The notes under the pieces were generated by a model. The model was not told the origin of the DNA. It worked only from the letters and a program-made list of their open reading frames with translations, and made no database searches. A DNA stretch of 63,251 bases, the filler included. It is 5 parts of 5 records of this genome, joined end to end, with 100 filler letters (N's around TTAATTAATTAA, not from the genome) between each part and the next. Parts side by side here need not be neighbours in the genome. Positions count along the whole stretch, not along the records: positions 51,917 to 63,251 come from SRR20825006_797; 4 more parts are not named here. One strand, written 5' to 3'. Shown piece after piece: positions 57,444-63,251 of the stretch. Position 1 is the stretch's first letter. Each line of letters opens with the position of its first letter. The translations under genes and the position numbers were made by a program.

Positions 57444-58604
57444 ATGCGCCTGATGCCATATCACGCAAGGCTTGCGCGCAGACCGAGACTGTTTGCCGCT
57501 TGCGTGATGGCGTTTGCCCTTCCCCTTTTGCCTCTCCCCGCGCACGCACTTGAACCGCAAGAGGTGATCGCAAACCTCGCCCGCGCGCAAGCCGATGCAC
57601 GGGCGGGCAAAAAAGAGAACGCCTACGACCGCCTGCGCTGGTTGTTGTTCACCGACACGGATCATCCGTCCCACAGCCTGACCTATCAAAAGGCCTTGGC
57701 CAAACTGCGGGACGGCAAGCCCCTCACCTTTGGTGCCTCTGCCGCCCTTGCCCCATCGACCAATCTCAAACGCGCCAGCTCGAAGAGTTATTTCTACACC
57801 GACAGCGACACCCATTATCTCGGTGACAGCGACAAAGACCACAGCGGGTTCGGCCTCAACCTTACCCTCTCAACCAACGCCGCCCGCGCCTATCAGCCGG
57901 GGCGGGAAATCTCGATCGGTGTGGACCTTGGCGGCAACCTCTACAGTGACCGCGACCTGTCTTCGGCCTTTCTACGCCTGAGGGTGGGGCACGAGTGGTA
58001 CGACACCGGGGCCACTTACGCGCTCAGCCTGTTTCACGACATGGCGCAATACTCTGAACATGATGGAGACCCGTCGCTCGATTGGACCGCTGTTGGTCTC
58101 TCCCTGTCTGCGGCGCGAAAACTCGCCTCCGGTGACACCCTACGTGGGTCGTTCACCGCCAGTGACCGCAATTCCGATGAGGCTTATTACGCCTATCGCG
58201 ATGGTCTCACCACTGCGCTGTCCGTCGGCTACACGCACCCTCTGTCCCGCAAATCCCAGATCACTGTTCAAGGCACTCTGGAACAGGCCGATCTCACCCG
58301 TGAAAGCCTGTCCTATCGGTCGATCAAATTGGGCGCACGCTATGGTCGCACCACCGCCTCTGGCCTGTCTTGGGAATTGGGTGCTGCCGCCACGTTACGG
58401 TCCTACGATGACACGTTCACCGCGCTGTCCTATGCCCGTGAGGATCAAGTCAATGAGGTGAGTTTGGGCCTGTCTCATGCCAAGCTCAAACTCCGCGACA
58501 CCTCCCCCATGCTCTCTTGTACCCTACGCGATCACGGCTCAAACGTGGCGCTTTACGATTATAACGCGGTCGATTGTGCCCTCTCGTTTAGGCGCGATTT
58601 CTAG
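57444..58604 (+). CDS. Slam/DUF560-like outer-membrane translocon (T11SS)
   Basis: Signal peptide, APSTN...AS, amphipathic beta-strands, SNVALYDY...S..RDF C-terminus. Start uncertain. Confidence 0.7.
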   Translation: MRLMPYHARLARRPRLFAACVMAFALPLLPLPAHALEPQEVIANLARAQADARAGKKENAYDRLRWLLFTDTDHPSHSLTYQKALAKLRDGKPLTFGASAALAPSTNLKRASSKSYFYTDSDTHYLGDSDKDHSGFGLNLTLSTNAARAYQPGREISIGVDLGGNLYSDRDLSSAFLRLRVGHEWYDTGATYALSLFHDMAQYSEHDGDPSLDWTAVGLSLSAARKLASGDTLRGSFTASDRNSDEAYYAYRDGLTTALSVGYTHPLSRKSQITVQGTLEQADLTRESLSYRSIKLGARYGRTTASGLSWELGAAATLRSYDDTFTALSYAREDQVNEVSLGLSHAKLKLRDTSPMLSCTLRDHGSNVALYDYNAVDCALSFRRDF

Positions 58605-58779
58605 GCCTGGAACAAAGCCCCGGCGACGCCGCATTGCAGCGCAAATATCGACCATATTTCCTCCAAAAATCGGCATATCCTCCCATATTTCACCCAGAAC
58701 CCTTTCATTTCGGCACGATATCTCCCCAAAATCGGGTGAAACTCTCGGCAACCACATCGCAATCCAACAGGAGATATTT

Positions 58780-59892
58780 ATGCGCATCGGTTGCCCGAAA
58801 GAGATTAAACCCCAAGAATTCCGTGTCGGCCTCACCCCCGACGCTGCGGCCGAAGCCGTGGCACATGGCCATACCGTATTGATCGAAACCGGCGCGGGGG
58901 TTGGCGCGGGGTTCACCGATGACGATTATATCGCAGCCGGAGCAGAGATTGCCCCCGACGCCACCTCTGTCTTTGAGCGCGCCGACATGATCGTCAAAGT
59001 CAAAGAGCCGCAGCCGGTCGAATGTGCTCTGCTGCGCGCCGGTCAAATCCTCTTCACCTATCTGCACCTCGCCCCCGACCCCGCCCAAACCAAGGCGCTT
59101 TTGGCCTCTGGCGCGACCTGCATCGCCTATGAAACCGTGACCGACGCCCGCGGCGGCTTGCCGCTTTTGGCACCGATGTCCGAAGTGGCGGGTCGTTTGG
59201 CGCCGCAAGTTGGCGCATGGACCCTGCAAAAGGCCAATGGCGGGCGCGGCGTTTTGATGGGCGGTGTGCCGGGCGTGGCGCCTGCGCGTGTGCTGGTCAT
59301 CGGCGGCGGGGTTGTTGGCACCCACGCGGCGCGGATTGCGGCGGGCATGGGCGCGGATGTCACCGTGTTGGATCGCTCCCTGCCCCGGTTGCGGCAACTG
59401 GACGATCAATTCGGCGGCATGTTCAAAACCGGCTACGCCTCCAAAGCCGCAACCATGGAATTGGCCCGCGCGGCCGATATGATCGTCGGCGCGGTCCTCA
59501 TCCCCGGTGCTGCCGCCCCCAAACTGATCTCCCGCGATGAGTTGAAAGAGCTCAAACCCGGTGCGGTTCTGGTCGATGTGGCGATTGACCAAGGTGGCTG
59601 TTTTGAAACCTCGCGTGCCACCACCCACCAAGACCCGATCTATGAGGTCGATGGGGTGATGCATTACTGCGTCGCCAATATGCCCGGCGCGGTCGCGCGC
59701 AGCTCGACGCTGGCGCTTGGCAATGCCACGATGCCCTTTGTGTTGGCCTTGGCCGACAAGGGCTGGAAAGAGGCCTGCCGCACTGATCCCCACCTTTTGA
59801 ACGGGCTCAATGTCCATGCCGGCCAACTGACCTACGCCGCCGTTGGCACAGCTCTGGGCCTCAGCGCGGTGCCTGCCGAAAGCGTGCTGTAA
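58780..59892 (+). CDS. ald: Alanine dehydrogenase
   Basis: GCPKEIK..E.RV, KVKEP, FTYLHLA, PMSEVAGR, GGGVVG, YCVANMPG. Confidence 0.97.
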   Translation: MRIGCPKEIKPQEFRVGLTPDAAAEAVAHGHTVLIETGAGVGAGFTDDDYIAAGAEIAPDATSVFERADMIVKVKEPQPVECALLRAGQILFTYLHLAPDPAQTKALLASGATCIAYETVTDARGGLPLLAPMSEVAGRLAPQVGAWTLQKANGGRGVLMGGVPGVAPARVLVIGGGVVGTHAARIAAGMGADVTVLDRSLPRLRQLDDQFGGMFKTGYASKAATMELARAADMIVGAVLIPGAAAPKLISRDELKELKPGAVLVDVAIDQGGCFETSRATTHQDPIYEVDGVMHYCVANMPGAVARSSTLALGNATMPFVLALADKGWKEACRTDPHLLNGLNVHAGQLTYAAVGTALGLSAVPAESVL

Positions 59893-60330
59893 GCCGTTCA
59901 AACCACCAAGGCCCGCCTGTCTTTGGACGGGTGGGCCGATCCCGGCGAACGTAAGGGGCTGCGATGGGCAAATGGGAGGCCATGGACACAGAAATCCTCT
60001 GGCGTGATCGTCGTCCGGGTTTGGCTGCGTTGCGTCTTCTGTCCAGATTTTGCCGACCTAACTGTTCATAGGTCTTACCGTCCATCAGTCTCGACGCTCC
60101 CTTGTGCCACTCAAGGAAAGCGCATGGGACACGTCGCAAAAGACCGCAAAAGGCAATCTATTCAAACCGGATCATACCTGTTCATTGGCGAGGGCGAACC
60201 GAAGCTGGCGAAACAGAAAACCACGCCAACATCATCGCCCTCCAATCAGTACGAGCCCCGCCCCGTTAGGCGCTCCGCCCGCTTGACTGGCCGGACGGCG
60301 CTGCACTTAGTTTACCCAAAAGGGTGAATT

Positions 60331-60693
60331 ATGCGCGACAAAGGACCATCGGCGGACTAGGACAGAACGCTCATGGCGCTCGCCGATCCTATTCGGCGGC
60401 GCATATTGCACTTTCGCCCCGAACCGCTGTCTGAGGTTCAACAATGGATCACGTCTCAGCAAGCCTTCTGGGCGAACCGGCTTCAAGCCATTGACGATCT
60501 TTTGACGGCCGAAGATGCGGCAACCGAAATTCCACTTCCAAGGAGAAAACGCATGTCCAGAAAGATTGAATCGAAGACGGCCCATGAATTCAAGGCGTCG
60601 GCCGATCCGGTCAAGCAACGGCACAGTCTCGCCGCGCCAGAATCAGGTGGCATAGGCTGCATTTCAACGCGCGTTGAACGCCGCGGCGCCTAG
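60331..60693 (+). pseudogene. Decayed ArsR-family gene fused to the start of a second gene (possibly SRPBCC)
   Basis: ATG 60331, in-frame TAG at 60358. DRTLMALADP.RR.IL runs straight into the ArsR C-terminal P.PL.E...W (HTH missing). Operator-like TTTACCC-AAAA-GGGTGAA upstream. Confidence 0.65.
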
Positions 60694-60775
60694 CGCCTGC
60701 GCGATCAGATAGGTCTTCCCGTTCATCTTCCGTCTCCTTGTCCGGGGTGTCAGGCTTGGGTAAGGTGGGCGTCGC

Positions 60776-61789
60776 CTACCGTCGGGCCAGACAACCCATG
60801 TCGGACAGCGCCGCCGCAATGGCTTGGTCAAGCGGCGTGTGCGGCTCGACACCGAGCAGGTCCACGAGACGGTGATTGTCGAAGTGCATGGGATGTTTCC
60901 ACACCGGCTCGATCTCAAGGGCTTCCTTTGGAAACCCGCCAAAGGGGGCGGCGAGACGCATCATCCACCAAGGGAAGGCGCGTTCCGGCACATCGCTGCC
61001 CACGGTCCGGCGAACAGCATCGCGCATCTGCGTGCCGGTCGCATCCCAATGACCCGCGAACTGCACTGTTTCAAAGGCACGCAATTGTTCGGGGATTGCC
61101 ATAAGGCCGGCGAAGGTCGCCGCGAGATCGGGCAGATAAGCATAGGCATGGGGAACGCCCAACGCCAGGCTCGTGAATTTGCGCACCGGCTGTCCCGGCT
61201 GCACCATCGCCTGCGTGAACCAACTCGCCCGCGTTCCCGGGCCGAAGAAGTCGCCTGCGCGCACGATGAGCGAAGGGACCTCCGGGGCCGCGTCCGCCAG
61301 TTTCCGCTCTAGCGCGACACGGATTTTGCCCTTCGTGGTGCGCGCATTCTGCGGGATGTTCTCATCAATCACGGTGGTGCGTTCCGGGTCGTAATTATAG
61401 ACCGTGCCGGGCAGCACGATGCGGGCGCCGCCAGTCGCCCGGGCGGCTGAAAGCGTGTTGTCGATCATCGGCAGCACCAGCGACGACCAGTTGCGATAGC
61501 CCGGCGGATTGACGGCATGGACGATAGCCGCAACACCCTCTCCCAGCGTGGCCGCGCGAATGACGGAGGCCACGTCCATCGCATCACCAGCGATGAACTG
61601 CGGTGTCGGGCAAATATGCCGCCAGCCGAATGTGGCCGCTTCGGTGTTCCGACACAAGGCGCGGACCTGCCATCCCTCGCAGATGAGCCTGGCGGCGATA
61701 GCCCCGCCAACGCCGCCAGTGGCGCCAAGAACGAGAGCGGTCCGATCGGTCGCCCCGCGGCCTGCATTTGTAGAAACAGTCTGAACCAT
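60776..61789 (-). CDS. NAD-dependent epimerase/dehydratase (extended SDR)
   Basis: LVLGATGGVG, HAVNPP.Y, PG.VYNY, R.GDFFGP. Confidence 0.9.
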   Translation of the reverse strand: MVQTVSTNAGRGATDRTALVLGATGGVGGAIAARLICEGWQVRALCRNTEAATFGWRHICPTPQFIAGDAMDVASVIRAATLGEGVAAIVHAVNPPGYRNWSSLVLPMIDNTLSAARATGGARIVLPGTVYNYDPERTTVIDENIPQNARTTKGKIRVALERKLADAAPEVPSLIVRAGDFFGPGTRASWFTQAMVQPGQPVRKFTSLALGVPHAYAYLPDLAATFAGLMAIPEQLRAFETVQFAGHWDATGTQMRDAVRRTVGSDVPERAFPWWMMRLAAPFGGFPKEALEIEPVWKHPMHFDNHRLVDLLGVEPHTPLDQAIAAALSDMGCLARR

Positions 61790-61877
61790 AAGTGATCTCC
61801 TTTGGATGAGGAGAGCTTCGGTTAAATTTGATTGTAAGAAAATTGCCAATTCTTTGCTAACTGCTTATAAGAAATTT

Positions 61878-62780
61878 ATGAGCAAGACCGTAGATTGGAA
61901 CGATCAGTGTGCCTTTCTGGCCGTGATGGAAACCGGTAGCCTGTCGGCTGCTGCACGTCGCTTGGGGCTGTCCCAACCGACAATGCGCGCGCGCATCGAG
62001 GGGCTTGAGGCTCTGCTTGGCACGGCACTGTTCACCCGGTCGGTGCATGGGCTGATACCCACGCCAACCGCCAAGGCAATGGCCGCGCCCGCCCGCGCAA
62101 TGGCACATGCCTCGGAGGCCATGCTGCGCGCAGCTTCGGCGGATTCGACAATGGCGGCAGGCCGGGTTCGGCTCAGTGTCTCCGAATTCGTGGGGATCGA
62201 GGTTCTGCCGCCCATGCTCCGCAGTCTGCGCAACAAGTATCCACAACTCACCGTCGAATTCGAACTGAGTAATGCCAGCGCGGACCTGCTCGACCAGCAG
62301 GTCGATGTCGCGGTGCGGATGCATCCCCCGGAGCAATCCGCCCTTGTGACGAAAAAGGTGCCTTCGATCCCTCTCGGCTTCTTCGCGCATCGTGATTATC
62401 TGGAGACCTATGGCCGTCCCGGCTCAAAGGCCGAGATCGGCAACCATCTGTTCATCGGACCGGATCGCAATCGCGGGGACTTGGCCGTTGCCGCGCTGAT
62501 TGATGACCCGGCCCGCATTCGCTGGATTGCGCGGACGGACAGCCATCCAGCGCAGCTCGCACTCGCTCGCGCCGGCCTTGGCATTGCCGTCACGCAGATT
62601 TCCACGGCGGCGCGTTACCCTGAACTGGAACGCCTGTTGCCGGACATAGATCTTCCACAACTCCCGACATGGATCGTGGCGCACGAGAATCTGCGTCATC
62701 TACCGCGCGTCGCGGCACTCTTCGATCATCTGGTCGAGGCGTTTGAGGCCTATGGCAACCGCCCGCACATTCAGCAGTGA
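61878..62780 (+). CDS. LysR-family regulator
   Basis: FLAV...GSLSAAARRLG.SQPT..RI..LE..LG..LF.R. Divergent from the epimerase. Confidence 0.92.
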   Translation: MSKTVDWNDQCAFLAVMETGSLSAAARRLGLSQPTMRARIEGLEALLGTALFTRSVHGLIPTPTAKAMAAPARAMAHASEAMLRAASADSTMAAGRVRLSVSEFVGIEVLPPMLRSLRNKYPQLTVEFELSNASADLLDQQVDVAVRMHPPEQSALVTKKVPSIPLGFFAHRDYLETYGRPGSKAEIGNHLFIGPDRNRGDLAVAALIDDPARIRWIARTDSHPAQLALARAGLGIAVTQISTAARYPELERLLPDIDLPQLPTWIVAHENLRHLPRVAALFDHLVEAFEAYGNRPHIQQ

Positions 62781-63224
62781 CCTCCAATGCAGAGCGGCGA
62801 AAACTTCACCATTTTCCCGATGTCGCCGATATTTTCCACGGTTTCGCCGCCTGATTCAGCGTAAAGCCCGATCTTAGGAACTTATAACAGCATCATGATG
62901 CTCATTTTGTTGAGATCTCGCCCAATATTCGGTCACGCTTGATCTCGCGACGGTCGCGAGGCGGATGACGAAACGCACGCGCGTCGTGAGGGTCGGAGCA
63001 CCAGACATGAGCTACGCCCCCCTTACGCGCGCCAAACCCCGCCTTGCCATACCCGAAAAACTTGACCGTTTTATAGACCCTGAATTTCATCCCAAGGTTT
63101 GCTTCCTTAGCGAGGCTAGGATGAACAGCAGAGTTGAATTTATCGCAAAGTGGGGAACGACCGGGAAAACGCGAACATAAATCCGCATAAACCCCTTTAA
63201 AAACAAGATGTTAACATAAATAAG

Positions 63225-63251
63225 TGGCGGAGGAGGTGGGATTCGAACCCA
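63225..63251 (-). tRNA. 3' end of a tRNA, probably tRNA-Ser (anticodon outside the window)
   Basis: Minus strand TGGGTTCGAATCCCACCTCCTCCGCCA: T arm, acceptor strand, G73, encoded CCA. Confidence 0.8.

Noticed and set aside
59925-59945. GGACGGGTGGGCCGATCCC as a degenerate att copy of the tRNA 3' end
   Set aside because: Similarity to GGAGGAGGTGGGATTCGAACCC is too weak to separate from chance.
60068-60727. 17/19 match between 60068-60086 and 60709-60727 (both read M[DN]GKTY on the minus strand)
   Set aside because: Too short, and the flanks do not align.
1-63251. CRISPR arrays, IS elements, prophage or retron-type defence loci
   Set aside because: No regularly spaced repeats and no transposase, integrase, reverse transcriptase or phage structural motifs were seen.

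Overview
This window is not one genome. It is five unrelated bacterial contig fragments joined by artificial 100-nt spacers (N-runs around TTAATTAATTAA). Taxon names below are impressions from composition and gene content only. (1) 1-8070, GC-rich alphaproteobacterium (Thalassospira-like): 2-hydroxyacid dehydrogenase, a ModE-like wHTH, modABC with a Mo-box, and an actP / cNMP-CBS-nucleotidyltransferase / DEDDh exonuclease cluster. (2) 8171-22767, AT-rich Flavobacteriaceae: tRNA-Met, an AraC- and Fur-controlled PepSY / methyltransferase / TonB receptor / DUF4374 uptake locus, and a Zur-like zinc-limitation cluster (folE, a 28-aa gene remnant, MerC, a frameshifted COG0523 GTPase, and a CxxC...RPPP leader ORF followed by a long RNA stem). 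(3) 22868-38813, gammaproteobacterium (Alcanivorax-like): nitrate ABC transporter, porin, sigma54-driven nasT-nasS, mesX-mesD-flavin reductase with metR, gdx with a guanidine-II riboswitch, ccmAB. (4) 38914-51816, Rhodospirillales-like: HNH nuclease behind two NrdR-like boxes, MCP, chrA, dsbB, MFS, C45 hydrolase, DUF547, an ArsR-SRPBCC-GFA module flanked by a 77-bp direct repeat, and a NitT/TauT ABC transporter. (5) 51917-63251, Rhodobacteraceae-like: rpsF-rpsR-rplI, aqpZ, tig, a Slam/T11SS-like lipoprotein-translocon pair, ald, and a decayed accessory region next to a tRNA 3' end. The best candidates for new biology are the putative metal-sensing arrest-peptide/RNA switch (20480-21931), the NrdR-box HNH gene, the integrase-free repeat-flanked module, and the methyltransferase-led TonB uptake operon. 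No CRISPR array, transposase or intact integrase was seen.
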